Shown: one piece after another, positions 18,189-28,898 of the stretch
How positions within the stretch are numbered: the first letter of the stretch is position 1
Layout of the letters: the number at the start of each line of letters is the position of its first letter
NCBI GenBank assembly: GCA_964350645.1
Contig: CAYGJY010000002.1
Coordinates: forward strand, 161,538 to 225,537
DNA from: an uncultured Candidatus Saccharibacteria bacterium
GTDB lineage: Bacteria; Patescibacteriota; Minisyncoccia; Phycocordibacterales; UBA918
Reading direction: 5' to 3'
Length of the DNA: 64,000 bases
Made by a program: the position numbers and the translations under genes
Notes under the pieces: model-generated
The model's input: only the letters and a program-made list of their open reading frames with translations
The model's database searches: none
What the model was told of the DNA's origin: nothing

Positions 18189-19625
18189 TTATTTCTTTTC
18201 TCCTTCACTTTCTGCTGCAGCAGCTTCAGATTCGGCTTCACCTTTAGCCATTTCTGCTTCAGCTTCTTCCGGGGTATCAACTTCGTTGATCTCATCAGAC
18301 TGATCGGTGTCGACCAGATCGCGATCTTCAGTTGCCTGGTCTTCTTCAACAGGTAACTCCTCCTTTGTTGTGGTGGCATCTTCGTTTTCAAGAACGTCGA
18401 CGTCTTTGCCAGTGGCAGTATCTTCCGGGGCAACAATATCAACGTTACCCTGCTCGTCAGCTTCTGCTAGTTCTTCACCAGTTTGGGCTGAGATAATATC
18501 AATCTTCCAACCAGTCAATTTTGCAGCCAAGCGGACGTTTTGACCGCCACGACCAATTGCGAGGGATTGTTGATCAGGCGCAACTTCAACTACAGCATGA
18601 CCACGAGTTTCAGTCGCTTCGTCTGGTTCTGTCTGAATCGTTACTTCCATTACTTGTGCTGGTGAGAGAGCGTCTTCAATAAACTCAGCAGACTCAGGTG
18701 ACCACTCAATGATGTCGATTTTTTCACCACCAAGTTCACTCATAACAGTCGATACGCGCACACCACGTTGTCCAACGAGTGAACCGACTGGGTCGATATG
18801 AGAATCGTTGGCATGCACCGCAATCTTTGAACGGGCACCAGCTTCACGAGCAATTGACTTCACTTCAACAGCGCCACTTTGAAGCTCAGGAGCTTCAATT
18901 GCAAATAAGGCTTCAAGAAACTCTGGGTGTGAACGAGAGAGCTTCAAGAAAATGCCTCGTGAGGTTTCGTCGACAGTAAGAAGAAGCGCACGAATTCGTT
19001 CACCTGGTCGGTAACGTTCTCCCGGGATTTGTTCGTCGTATGGCATGATAGCGGTCACACGACCAAGGTCGACATAGAGATTGCCGCGCTCAAATCGTTG
19101 TACGTGTCCCATAATAATGTCACCAGCTTTCTGACCAAACTCAGCCAAGGCGGCGTCTTTCTCAGCTTCACGAATCTTCTGAATAATCACTTGCTTAGCA
19201 GTCTGGGCAGCAATGCGACCGAAGTCGTCTTTCATTTCTAGAGGGAAGATTAGTTCTTCAGCGAGCTCGACATCCTTTTTGATTAGTCGCGCGCTGTCGA
19301 TCATGATGTGCTTCTCAGCATCAAAGCGTACTTTACGTTCTTCACCTTCAACAAAGGCTACCTCAGCTTCCTCGCCTTCTTCCTCGCCTTCTTCCTCGTC
19401 GTCTTTCAGCATGCTGGCGTCAACTACAACCTTCACTTGCTCGAAGTTGGTGGTGCCGGTGTTGTTGTCGAACTGGGCGCGAATAATTTGGCCGCGTTTT
19501 CCGTACTCTTTTTTGTACGCGGTAGCGAGGGCTTGTTCAATGGCTTCCAAGAGTCGTTCTCGAGGAATACCGCGCTCGTCCTCCATTTCTTGGAGAGCAG
19601 CGTTTAATACTTTTAGATCTAACAT
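18189..19625 (-). CDS. nusA: Transcription termination/antitermination factor NusA with a long acidic C-terminal extension
   Basis: N-terminal domain, S1 and two KH regions (GRGGQNVRLAAKLTGWKIDI); acidic tail. Confidence 0.85.
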   Translation of the reverse strand: MLDLKVLNAALQEMEDERGIPRERLLEAIEQALATAYKKEYGKRGQIIRAQFDNNTGTTNFEQVKVVVDASMLKDDEEEGEEEGEEAEVAFVEGEERKVRFDAEKHIMIDSARLIKKDVELAEELIFPLEMKDDFGRIAAQTAKQVIIQKIREAEKDAALAEFGQKAGDIIMGHVQRFERGNLYVDLGRVTAIMPYDEQIPGERYRPGERIRALLLTVDETSRGIFLKLSRSHPEFLEALFAIEAPELQSGAVEVKSIAREAGARSKIAVHANDSHIDPVGSLVGQRGVRVSTVMSELGGEKIDIIEWSPESAEFIEDALSPAQVMEVTIQTEPDEATETRGHAVVEVAPDQQSLAIGRGGQNVRLAAKLTGWKIDIISAQTGEELAEADEQGNVDIVAPEDTATGKDVDVLENEDATTTKEELPVEEDQATEDRDLVDTDQSDEINEVDTPEEAEAEMAKGEAESEAAAAESEGEKK

Positions 19626-20126
19626 AGTGATATGTGTGGGGTATACCCCTTAGTTTTAAAATGCAGAAGCAATGGAGCGCGCCCGGTGGGCGCGCTCCAT
19701 ATCTGACAAGAGTACTGTACTCTTTCGTATAAAAATTGTCAAAATGAAATACAGCGTGGGCCGATCCATCTCCTTTTTTAGTGGGGAGTGATCTGGGCTC
19801 ACGCTGCTCGAAGTCTTGCCTATCGCTTCCTCGGGTCTACTGACCTCTTCTGCGCTTTTTGCTGCCTCTGTTTTGGGGAGCACCCATTTTTTTTGCCAAA
19901 AAATTACAGCTAGTTGACTCTGTGCTCTTTTTAGAGATACTCGGCCCTACTTAAGGAAGTATCTCACATTGACTCCATGCCGTGGAGTAGTTGTCCAACA
20001 GTACTCTTATTATTTGAAAAATTCAAGTGGAGGTGTAGTGGAATAAGCCACCCTTGTTTCTAAAAATGAAATGCTACAATACATATATTAGAGCTGTTCC
20101 TTTGCTCGTTGTTTTGAACTTTTACT

Positions 20127-21878
20127 GTGCGAATACAAGATGCACAATTGAAGCGGTTTGTGACTGACTCGGGTCTAGTGCCCAAGAAGGATTTGGCTGC
20201 GGCTGAAAAAACCGCCACTGAAGAAAAACGCACCCTAGCGGAAGCGCTGGTCTCTGGTGGGTATATGAGCGAAGACGATATGCGGCGGGTTGAATCCTAT
20301 GTACTGGGGATTCCCTTTGTATCACTGAAAGATAATAAGATTGATTTTACGGTGCTGTCGCTTATTCCTGAGCCGGTTGCGCGCAATCACAACATTATCG
20401 CGTTCAAACAAAATACTGACAGTCTTGAAGTGGCGATGCTTGATACATCAGACCTGCCGGCGATCGACTTTGTGAAGAAGAAAGTTGGTTTAAAGATTTT
20501 GCCCCGCCTGACCGATACTGAATCAATGCGTGAAGCGTTGCAGCAATATCAAAAAACTCTCAAAGATGAGTTTGGCGATATCATTATGAAAGAAACTTCG
20601 GCGCTTAAGCTGGTGGCTGAAGACAACGGCGAAGAGATGAGCGAGGAGGATTTGAAAAAACTGGCTGAAGATTTACCAGTAGTGCGCATTGTCGATACAC
20701 TTTTACGTCATGCGATTATTCAGGGAGCATCTGATATTCATATTGAGCCGATGGAAGAGTCAGTTTTGGTGCGATACCGGATCGACGGTATTTTGCACGA
20801 TGCGATGACGCTGCCGAAGCGGGCGGCCGGTACGCTGGTGGCTCGTATCAAGGTGCTTTCAAATTTAAAGTTGGACCAAAAACGCCTCCCACAAGATGGT
20901 CGTTTCAAAATGGAGATGGATGGTCAAAAAGTAGCTTTTCGAGTATCGATGCTGCCCATTTTTTACGGTGAAAAGGTCGTAATGCGTTTGTTGCGAGAAA
21001 ATCGCTCCGGTTTTAGTCTTGAAGGTATTGGTTTTCACGGCAGTACGCTTGAGCGCGTCCATGGTGCGATGAAACAAACGACGGGAATTATTTTAGTCAC
21101 TGGACCAACTGGTTCAGGAAAGACTACGACGCTGTACACGGTGCTCGATATTTTAAATACACCGGAAGTTAATATTTCTACCATTGAGGATCCGATTGAA
21201 TATCAGATGCAGCGCATTAATCAAACGCAAGTAAAGGCTGATATTGGTTTCACGTTCTCTTCAGGGTTACGTTCTCTCATGCGTCAGGATCCAGACATTA
21301 TTATGGTGGGGGAGATCCGTGACCAAGAAACTGCTAGTTTGGCAATTAACGCAGCCCTTACCGGGCACTTAGTGCTTGCGACAGTGCACACTAATTCAGC
21401 GGCTGGTACGATTGCGCGTTTGGTAGACATGGGAGTAGAGACGTTCTTGCTTACGTCGACACTGCGGGTTGCCGTCGGACAACGACTAGTACGAAAGCTC
21501 GGTGATGCGCGCGAAGCGTATACTCTTTCTTCAAGTGAAAAGTCTGAGCTTGAAAAACACGTTGACTTAGATGCTGTCTTACAGACGTTAAAAACTGAAG
21601 GGATCGTCAAGGATAATGCTAGCTGGAGTAGTATTCCGTTTTATCATCCGAAGCCGACTCCTGATATGCCCGACGGGTATAAAGGACGAGCTGGTATCCA
21701 TGAAGTAATGGAGATTTCGCCGACGTTGAAAGAAATGATTATGGCAGGTAAAACTTCTGATGAAATTGCCGTTCAATCACGGAAGGAAGGTATGCTCACA
21801 ATGCTTGAAGATGGCATTTACAAAGCTGCACGAGGGATGACGAGTATTGAAGAAGTGTTACGAGTAATTAACGAATAA
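20127..21878 (+). CDS. pilB: Type IV pilus assembly ATPase PilB/GspE
   Basis: Walker A GPTGSGKTTTLY, Walker B DIIMVGEIRD, His box GHLVLATVHTN. Confidence 0.9.
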   Translation: MRIQDAQLKRFVTDSGLVPKKDLAAAEKTATEEKRTLAEALVSGGYMSEDDMRRVESYVLGIPFVSLKDNKIDFTVLSLIPEPVARNHNIIAFKQNTDSLEVAMLDTSDLPAIDFVKKKVGLKILPRLTDTESMREALQQYQKTLKDEFGDIIMKETSALKLVAEDNGEEMSEEDLKKLAEDLPVVRIVDTLLRHAIIQGASDIHIEPMEESVLVRYRIDGILHDAMTLPKRAAGTLVARIKVLSNLKLDQKRLPQDGRFKMEMDGQKVAFRVSMLPIFYGEKVVMRLLRENRSGFSLEGIGFHGSTLERVHGAMKQTTGIILVTGPTGSGKTTTLYTVLDILNTPEVNISTIEDPIEYQMQRINQTQVKADIGFTFSSGLRSLMRQDPDIIMVGEIRDQETASLAINAALTGHLVLATVHTNSAAGTIARLVDMGVETFLLTSTLRVAVGQRLVRKLGDAREAYTLSSSEKSELEKHVDLDAVLQTLKTEGIVKDNASWSSIPFYHPKPTPDMPDGYKGRAGIHEVMEISPTLKEMIMAGKTSDEIAVQSRKEGMLTMLEDGIYKAARGMTSIEEVLRVINE

Positions 21879-21881
21879 TAC

Positions 21882-23108
21882 ATGCCAAAGTTTACCTATC
21901 ATGGAGAAAACCAAGCAGGCGAAGCAGTCGTACAGACTGTCGAGGCTAAGGACCGGTTTGAGGTATATGACATTGCTCGCAAAGACGGTAACACGGTGAG
22001 TAGCATTGCAGCTGCTTCTTCATTCAGTTTTAAGTCGATATTGAATGTCGAAAAAATTGAGTACTACATCAGTCGGGTAAAGTCTGACGAACTAGTGATG
22101 GTGACTAAAAATCTCGGCTCGATGATTGTTGCCGGTTTGCCATTATCACGCGCGCTGTCAGTGATCGAGCGGCAGAGTCGTAACCCGCGTCTCAAAGGAA
22201 TTTTCAAAGTAGTCATTGCTGATATTAACAAAGGGTTGCAGTTCCATGAAGCGCTCGCTAAGTATCCAAAAGTATTTGATAACCTTTTTGTTTCAATGGT
22301 GAAGGCAGGGGAAGAGAGTGGGGGTTTATCTGAAGCATTATCGGTCCTCGGTACTCAGATGGAACGTTCATCAAGTCTCAAGAAGCGCATTAAGGGGGCG
22401 ATGATTTACCCGATTATTGTTTTGATTGTTCTCTTTGGAATCGGAATTTTGATGATGTTGTTTGTTATGCCGTCGATTACAGATACGTTCAAAAGTCTTG
22501 ATGTCGATCTACCAGCTACCACGCAAACTCTGATTGCTATTAGTGATGCACTCAATAACCACACCCTGCTTGTGCTTGGTGGCATGTTTGTATCGGTAAT
22601 GGCCTTTGTATACTTCCTCAAAAGCTCGATTGGCCATGTCGTAACATCATGGGTGGTGGTGCGCTTACCGGTTATTGGGGTGATGGCAAAAGAAACCAAT
22701 GCCGCCAGAACAGCCCGAACGCTGTCCTCACTACTTTCATCTGGAGTGGATGTAATCCGGGCGATTAATATCACTGAGGAGGTAGTGCAAAATGTGTATT
22801 ACAAGAAGATTCTAGCGGAGGCTGCGGCTGATGTGCAAAAAGGAACGGCGTTGTCAGAAACTTTTGTGCGCAATACTAAGCTGTACCCGGTCTTAGTGGG
22901 TGAGATGATTATGGTGGGAGAGGAAACAGGACAAATTTCACAAATGCTGCAGCAGATGGCTGAGTTTTATGAAGGTGAGATTGAACAAAAGACCAAAGAC
23001 CTGTCATCGATTATTGAACCGATGTTGATGGTGCTCATCGGAGGTACGGTTGGGTTCTTCGCTTTAGCGATGATTGCACCAATTTATTCGATTTCAGATA
23101 GTATCTAA
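21882..23108 (+). CDS. pilC: Type IV pilus inner-membrane platform protein PilC/GspF
   Basis: Two GspF repeats and three TM segments. Confidence 0.85.
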   Translation: MPKFTYHGENQAGEAVVQTVEAKDRFEVYDIARKDGNTVSSIAAASSFSFKSILNVEKIEYYISRVKSDELVMVTKNLGSMIVAGLPLSRALSVIERQSRNPRLKGIFKVVIADINKGLQFHEALAKYPKVFDNLFVSMVKAGEESGGLSEALSVLGTQMERSSSLKKRIKGAMIYPIIVLIVLFGIGILMMLFVMPSITDTFKSLDVDLPATTQTLIAISDALNNHTLLVLGGMFVSVMAFVYFLKSSIGHVVTSWVVVRLPVIGVMAKETNAARTARTLSSLLSSGVDVIRAINITEEVVQNVYYKKILAEAAADVQKGTALSETFVRNTKLYPVLVGEMIMVGEETGQISQMLQQMAEFYEGEIEQKTKDLSSIIEPMLMVLIGGTVGFFALAMIAPIYSISDSI

Positions 23109-23115
23109 GATAACC

Positions 23116-24876
23116 ATGCAATGTTTACGCCAGCCGACCGATACACGTGGCTTTACGCTGGTTGAAATTGTCGTGGTGATCGCTTTAGTAGCCCTAGTGT
23201 TTGGCGGTTTATTTGCCAGTGTTAACTCACTTATTCTTGTGATTAACAATTCGAAATCAAAAGCTGCCGCCACTGCTCTTATGACTGAACGACTCGAATA
23301 TATCCGCTCACTTTCATATAACAGTGTCGGTACGATTGGTGCACCACCCTATGGGCCGCTGCCACAGCAGAGGCAGGTAGTGCTCAATGGTGAAACGTAT
23401 TATGAACGGGTAATCATTGATTATGTGGATGACCCGGCAGATGGAAGTGGTGGTAGTGATGAGAATACGATCACGAGTGATTATAAACGGGTCGAGATTG
23501 TCTATGAGTGGGATAATAACGGGGCTACCAGTTCAATCTCTAATGTATCAACTGTCGTTCCTGAAGGGATTGAAACTGACGCTGGTGGTGGGTCGCTTCG
23601 CGTGAATGTATTTAATGCCAATGCCGAAGTGGTTGAGGATGCACGTGTCACTGTTATAAACACAGTGCTGTCGACGACAACTAATACCTTCCGTGACACT
23701 AATGCTGATGGACAGATCTTAATTTCAGGCTTGCCGGGTGGAGGGAACTACGAAATTTACGTTACTAAGACAGGGTACTCGTCTGATCAAACATATGCAG
23801 CTAGTAGTACAAATCCTAATCCGATTACACCGCTCGTAGCGATTGCGACGAGTTCAGTTTCGACAATGAACTTTCAGATTGACGAGTTAAGTGACTTTAC
23901 AATTCAAGTAAACGGAGCCGCCAGCTTCAGCGAATTTTCAGATAGTTTCACCACTGCAGCAGATGTCTTTGAACAGGCAAGCACTACGTTGACTGCTGGA
24001 GCAATTGTCTTGACAGACGTTAGTGGGAGCTACGAGACGCCAGGAACAGTCTTGAGTACTACTACCACTCCAAGTAGTATTGATCGCTGGTACGCTGCCC
24101 AATTTTCTGCCACTACGAGTGCTTCAACATCAGTGGCGGTGTCGGTTTATTATGATGATGCCGGGGCACTTCGTTTAGTGCCAGATAGTGATTTGCCAGG
24201 CAATAGCGTTGGTTTTACTAGTGGACCAATTGATCTTGAGAGTTTGTCAGCGATCACCTATCCCACTTTGGCACTGGGAGCGACGCTGACCACTGTTGAT
24301 ACAAGCTATACTCCTGAGCTTGGTGACTGGAGACTGCGTTATGTGACATCGCAGCCAGCAGTATCTGGCGTGACTGTGCAGATAACTGGTAGTAAAACTA
24401 TCGGTACTGATGCAGGAGGACAGCCAGTGTATAAATTTAATACTTCATATGTGACTGACGGTTCAGGAGAAATTAATCTGACTGATATTGAGTATGATCT
24501 ATATACTTTTGAGCTTGCGAGTGGAGCTAGTGACATTCTTGAAGTCTGTCCACGCAGTCCATATTTCATTACACCTAACACCGATGAAGAGATTAGATAT
24601 TCAATCGCTAACTTAAGTGGGTCGTTTTTACAAGTGTACGTGCAAGATCCGCTTGGAGAAGCAGTGCCTGGAGCAATGGTCCGTCTACAAAATAGTGGTT
24701 ACGATGAAATCGAAGAGACCAGCTTGTGTGGCCAAGTATTCTTTAATGGATCAGGGTTGTACAATGACAGTGACTACACTATGACGGTTTCAGCCAGCGG
24801 TTTTGGAACTGAAGTGGTTGCTTCGACTTCAGTTTCAAACACTGCTTCGACAACCGTAACCATTAATCCTCTATAG
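23116..24876 (+). CDS. Large prepilin-type protein: N-terminal methylation motif followed by two carboxypeptidase-regulatory-like beta-sandwich repeats
   Basis: RGFTLVEIVVVIALV class-III signal; DxxGxxxISGLPxGxYxxxVTKTGY-type repeats. Confidence 0.6.
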   Translation: MQCLRQPTDTRGFTLVEIVVVIALVALVFGGLFASVNSLILVINNSKSKAAATALMTERLEYIRSLSYNSVGTIGAPPYGPLPQQRQVVLNGETYYERVIIDYVDDPADGSGGSDENTITSDYKRVEIVYEWDNNGATSSISNVSTVVPEGIETDAGGGSLRVNVFNANAEVVEDARVTVINTVLSTTTNTFRDTNADGQILISGLPGGGNYEIYVTKTGYSSDQTYAASSTNPNPITPLVAIATSSVSTMNFQIDELSDFTIQVNGAASFSEFSDSFTTAADVFEQASTTLTAGAIVLTDVSGSYETPGTVLSTTTTPSSIDRWYAAQFSATTSASTSVAVSVYYDDAGALRLVPDSDLPGNSVGFTSGPIDLESLSAITYPTLALGATLTTVDTSYTPELGDWRLRYVTSQPAVSGVTVQITGSKTIGTDAGGQPVYKFNTSYVTDGSGEINLTDIEYDLYTFELASGASDILEVCPRSPYFITPNTDEEIRYSIANLSGSFLQVYVQDPLGEAVPGAMVRLQNSGYDEIEETSLCGQVFFNGSGLYNDSDYTMTVSASGFGTEVVASTSVSNTASTTVTINPL

Positions 24877-24878
24877 AT

Positions 24879-25508
24879 ATGCACGTTGTCAGTCACAAAA
24901 AAAAATACCTGTCACATACCGGTTTTACGCTCGTCGAGTCTGTTATGGTGGTGGCGTTGTTTACCCTAATGATGTTTGTGATTGCTAACAGTATTGCTGC
25001 CATGTATCGCTATAATGCTTATACTATCGCTCAGGCGTATCAAGTCCGAAACGCTCGGCAGGGAATCCAGTCGCTTGTCCGTGACATCAGAGAAATGACA
25101 TTTGCTGATAACGGCAGTTTTCCGCTCGTTGAGATGGAAGACCATCTGATAAGTTTTTATAGTGATATTGATCGGGATGACAGTGTTGAGTATGTTGAGT
25201 ACGAATTAATAGCGTCGACGACCTTGTATAAAAGGATTTATAATGCAATTGGTACGCCCCCGACATATAACATGTCGACACCTGATGAAACCTACATTCT
25301 CTCTGAGTATGTGCAGAATATTATTCAGGGTACAAGTACATTCGCATATTACGACAGTTCTGGAACAGAGATAGTGTCGGCAGCGAATTTGGTTGATGTG
25401 CGCTATGTGGAGGCACAGTTAATCATTAACATTGATCCAATTCGCGATCCGGGACAATACATGCTCCGCAGTAGTGCCGCTCTTCGTAACGTAAAAGACA
25501 ACTTATGA
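24879..25508 (+). CDS. Prepilin-type minor pilin
   Basis: HTGFTLVESVMVVALF N-terminal class-III signal. Confidence 0.6.
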   Translation: MHVVSHKKKYLSHTGFTLVESVMVVALFTLMMFVIANSIAAMYRYNAYTIAQAYQVRNARQGIQSLVRDIREMTFADNGSFPLVEMEDHLISFYSDIDRDDSVEYVEYELIASTTLYKRIYNAIGTPPTYNMSTPDETYILSEYVQNIIQGTSTFAYYDSSGTEIVSAANLVDVRYVEAQLIINIDPIRDPGQYMLRSSAALRNVKDNL

Positions 25509-26923
25509 TCAATCAAAACTCACAGCAAAAAGGGATGTTGATTGTACTGGTACTAGTGTTTGGGGCAGTCTTTTTAGTAATCGTTACGGCGTTTACTGGT
25601 TTTGTAGTGACACAGACACAGATACAGAGCGCTCGAGTGATCGAAGAACGTTCCTTGGCAATTGCTGAAGCTGGTCTGAATTATTATCGTTGGTATTTGG
25701 CTCACAATCCTGATGACGCGACGCACGGAACAAATACTGCTGGGCCTTATGTTTTTCCATATATTGATACTTCGTCAACTACTATCGGTTCCTTTTCTTT
25801 AGATATTGCAAGCACCACCTATTGTGGGGTGGTGTCGAGTATTGATATTTCCTCAACGGGTTCAACAGTTGAAGAGCCAGGCACAACACGTACGGTGTAT
25901 GGTCGTTATGCGCGACCGACAGTCGCTGAGTATGCTTACATTATTAATTCCAATGTATGGGCTGGATCAGACCGTACTATTATTGGTCCGTATCATTCAA
26001 ATGGTGGTGTGCGCATGGATGGTTCAAATAATTCTACGGTTACGAGTGGGCAGGAGACTTGGTCATGTACGAACTCGTTCGGTTGTAGTCCGACACAAAC
26101 AGCTGATGGGGTGTTTGGATCAGGACCTAATAGTTCGCTGTGGAATTTTCCCTCGACACCGATTAACTTCACCGGTTTAGCGGTTGATTTATCGACTATG
26201 CGCGATCGGGCTGAAAATGGTGGAGGTATTTATATTCCTGATTCTGGTGATTATGGCTACCGGGTAGATTTTCAGAGTGATGGCACACTCGATGTATATG
26301 TAGTTGATCGTACCTATAATTATTGGGGATATACACTTGATGGTGGCTGGAGTACTGAGCGTAACGTTATTGATGATGATGATTTTTATGCCACGTACAC
26401 CATTGATCCGGATTGTCCGTTAATTTTTGTGGAAGATAAAGTTTGGCTTGAGGGAGAGATAAACCAAAAAGTTTCGATTGCGGCTGCTGATACCGATACC
26501 CCGGGCAATGATTACTCGATTATTTTAAACGGCAATATCACCTACAGTGATCCAGACGCTGGCTTACTAGCCATTGCTGAAGAAGATATTTTGGTTGGTT
26601 TGGTAGTGCCTGATCATATGGACCTTAATGGCATTTTTGTGGCTCAAAATGGTCGGTTTGGACGCAATCACTACACGACGAGTGGTTCGCAGGATGTTCT
26701 TAGTACACATAATTCGTATGTGACGCGTGACACGCTGACGATGAATGGAACGATTGTCTCGAACGGTCGAGTGGGAACCCAGTGGAATAGTGGCGGAGTA
26801 CTTAGTTCAGGTTTTAATACGCGCTTTAATTCATACGACCGAGATTTAGTCGATAATCCACCACCACTAGCGCCTAGGACCTCAGATGACTATAAATTTA
26901 TCGAGTGGCGGCAGGGAGAGTAG
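25505..26923 (+). CDS. PilX-like or large minor pilin
   Basis: N-terminal QKGMLIVLVLVFGAVFLVIVTAF hydrophobic segment resembling the PilX N-terminus; Thr/Ser/Gly-rich. Confidence 0.45.
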   Translation: MINQNSQQKGMLIVLVLVFGAVFLVIVTAFTGFVVTQTQIQSARVIEERSLAIAEAGLNYYRWYLAHNPDDATHGTNTAGPYVFPYIDTSSTTIGSFSLDIASTTYCGVVSSIDISSTGSTVEEPGTTRTVYGRYARPTVAEYAYIINSNVWAGSDRTIIGPYHSNGGVRMDGSNNSTVTSGQETWSCTNSFGCSPTQTADGVFGSGPNSSLWNFPSTPINFTGLAVDLSTMRDRAENGGGIYIPDSGDYGYRVDFQSDGTLDVYVVDRTYNYWGYTLDGGWSTERNVIDDDDFYATYTIDPDCPLIFVEDKVWLEGEINQKVSIAAADTDTPGNDYSIILNGNITYSDPDAGLLAIAEEDILVGLVVPDHMDLNGIFVAQNGRFGRNHYTTSGSQDVLSTHNSYVTRDTLTMNGTIVSNGRVGTQWNSGGVLSSGFNTRFNSYDRDLVDNPPPLAPRTSDDYKFIEWRQGE

Positions 26924-26924
26924 A

Positions 26925-26963
26925 ATAAGCAGGGGCGCGGACGAAGTCCGCGCCCCTGCTTAT
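26925..26963 (+). terminator. Terminator ending the pilus cluster
   Basis: aataagcaggggcgcgg acgaagt ccgcgcccctgcttatt. Confidence 0.6.
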
Positions 26964-26983
26964 TCTCTGTTATAATCGAATTA

Positions 26984-27757
26984 ATGAAAGTAACAAAAAA
27001 ACCGCTTGTGGTCGGAAACTGGAAAATGAATCCAGCGACCATCGGTGATGCTAAGAAGACCTTTATTGAAATTCGTACCGGGATCACCCGCGTTAAAAAT
27101 GATGTTGAAGTTGTGATCGCTGCGCCGTTTCCATATTTGCCAGAATTACAAAAATTAGCGCCGAGTAAGCGAGTATTGTTGGCAGCACAGGATGTATATT
27201 TTGAACCAGCGGGGGCGTTCACAGGTGAAGTATCGTTGTCGATGCTGAAGAGTGTCGGAGTGACGCATGTGATTGTCGGACACTCGGAGCGACGCGCGAT
27301 GGGTGAAACTGATGCGCACGTAGCAGCTAAAGTAGCCGCGGTTAGCAAGCATGGATTGATGGTTGTCGTATGTGTCGGTGAGAAGAAGCGTGATAGTCAA
27401 GGAGATTACTTTTCTTTAATTGAAGCACAAATTCAGGCAGCTATCAGCGGTGTTACTAAAAATAAATTGGCACAGGTAGTGATTGCCTACGAACCGATTT
27501 GGGCAATTGGTACCGGTAAAACTGCAAGCGCGCAGGATGTGCACGAAATGAAATTGTTTATCACTAAGGTGTTGAGCGACGCTGTTGGCAGGAATGCAGC
27601 AACTAAGATGCGGATCATCTATGGTGGTTCAGTCAAAGCCGATAATGCTGAGGAGTTGTTTACTGTTGGTGAAGTTGATGGTTTTTTGCCTGGTGGTGCC
27701 AGCCTAAAACCCAAAGAATTTATAAGTATTATCAAAACTGTTGCCAGTCACATATAG
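26984..27757 (+). CDS. tpiA: Triosephosphate isomerase
   Basis: VVGNWKMN, IAYEPIWAIGTGKTAS, GGSVK. Confidence 0.9.
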   Translation: MKVTKKPLVVGNWKMNPATIGDAKKTFIEIRTGITRVKNDVEVVIAAPFPYLPELQKLAPSKRVLLAAQDVYFEPAGAFTGEVSLSMLKSVGVTHVIVGHSERRAMGETDAHVAAKVAAVSKHGLMVVVCVGEKKRDSQGDYFSLIEAQIQAAISGVTKNKLAQVVIAYEPIWAIGTGKTASAQDVHEMKLFITKVLSDAVGRNAATKMRIIYGGSVKADNAEELFTVGEVDGFLPGGASLKPKEFISIIKTVASHI

Positions 27758-27758
27758 T

Positions 27759-28895
27759 ATGTCGTTACCAAAAATTGCTGACCAAAAAGATTTGGTTGGA
27801 AAAAAAGTGTTTGTCCGCACTAACCTCAACGTGCCGATTGAAGACGGAAAGGTTCTCGACCAGTTTCGGTTGTTACGAGGGTTATCAACCATTACGTATT
27901 TGGTTGAACAGGGAGCCAAAGTCATTCTCGCTGGTCATATTGGTCGCGAGCCAGAAAACACATTATTGCCGGTATATGAAGTACTCCAGGAACATCTCAA
28001 CATTCGATTTTCTGGTGATGTCGGTGGACCAGATACCGCAAATGTTGTTGATGAAATGGAAAACGGTCAGGTAGTGTTAATGGAAAACCTGCGACGCGAT
28101 CCGCGTGAAACTCAAAATGACCCTGAGTTTGTCAGGCAGTTAGCGTCTTTGGCTGATATCTATGTTAATGATGATTTTGCCGTGTCACATCGGGCACATG
28201 CTTCAATGGTTGGATTGCCAGGAGTGCTACCTGCTTTTGTTGGGATTAATTTTGCACATGAAGTAGAGGAGCTGAATAAAGCAATGCAGCCTGCTTCGCC
28301 AAGTCTTTTTCTACTTGGGGGAGCTAAGTTCGAAACCAAGATGCCGCTAGTGGCACGTTATCTTGAAATCTATGATCACGTCTTTGTGGGTGGAGCGCTC
28401 GCCAATGATTTCTTTAAGGCTAAAGGTTTTGAAGTAGGGGAGTCACTTGTATCAGATATTGATCTGACTGGTAACTCAGTTGTAACTCATCCGAAGATTG
28501 TCTTGCCGATTGATGTAACTGTTTCGAGTGGTAGTGGGATTCGTGTTTGTACACCAGAAGATGTGCAGCCTGATGAAAAGATCATGGACGCCGGACCTGC
28601 TACTATCGAGCTCCTCGAAGAAAAACACATCGCTGGAGCCAAAACAATTCTCTGGAATGGGCCATTTGGTGATTACGAACATGGTTTTGGGAAAGAAACT
28701 CGGGCCTGTGCTGTAGCTATTGCTGCTTCGTCCGCGTATTCTGTTATCGGTGGCGGAGATACGGTGGCGGCCATCGAAGAGTTGCATAACCAAGATCAGT
28801 ACAGTTTCTTATCGACGGCAGGGGGAGCGATGCTGACATTTCTCGAACATGGCACCTTGCCAGCTATTGAAGCAATTGAAGTGTCTCAGGCGTAA
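27759..28895 (+). CDS. pgk: Phosphoglycerate kinase
   Basis: KVFVRTNLNVP, VILAGHIGRE, C-terminal GGGDT-type motif VIGGGDTVAA. Confidence 0.9.
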   Translation: MSLPKIADQKDLVGKKVFVRTNLNVPIEDGKVLDQFRLLRGLSTITYLVEQGAKVILAGHIGREPENTLLPVYEVLQEHLNIRFSGDVGGPDTANVVDEMENGQVVLMENLRRDPRETQNDPEFVRQLASLADIYVNDDFAVSHRAHASMVGLPGVLPAFVGINFAHEVEELNKAMQPASPSLFLLGGAKFETKMPLVARYLEIYDHVFVGGALANDFFKAKGFEVGESLVSDIDLTGNSVVTHPKIVLPIDVTVSSGSGIRVCTPEDVQPDEKIMDAGPATIELLEEKHIAGAKTILWNGPFGDYEHGFGKETRACAVAIAASSAYSVIGGGDTVAAIEELHNQDQYSFLSTAGGAMLTFLEHGTLPAIEAIEVSQA

Positions 28896-28898
28896 GTC

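Noticed and set aside
18074-18442. 122-aa Lys-rich minus-strand ORF overlapping the NusA C-terminus
   Set aside because: Out-of-frame overlap with the nusA acidic tail; composition mirrors the antisense of a Glu/Asp-rich region.
19650-20126. Possible ncRNA (6S, RNase P or tmRNA) in the 470-bp nusA-pilB intergenic region
   Set aside because: Several hairpins are present but no conserved RNase P, tmRNA or SRP signature motifs could be recognised; only generic structure.
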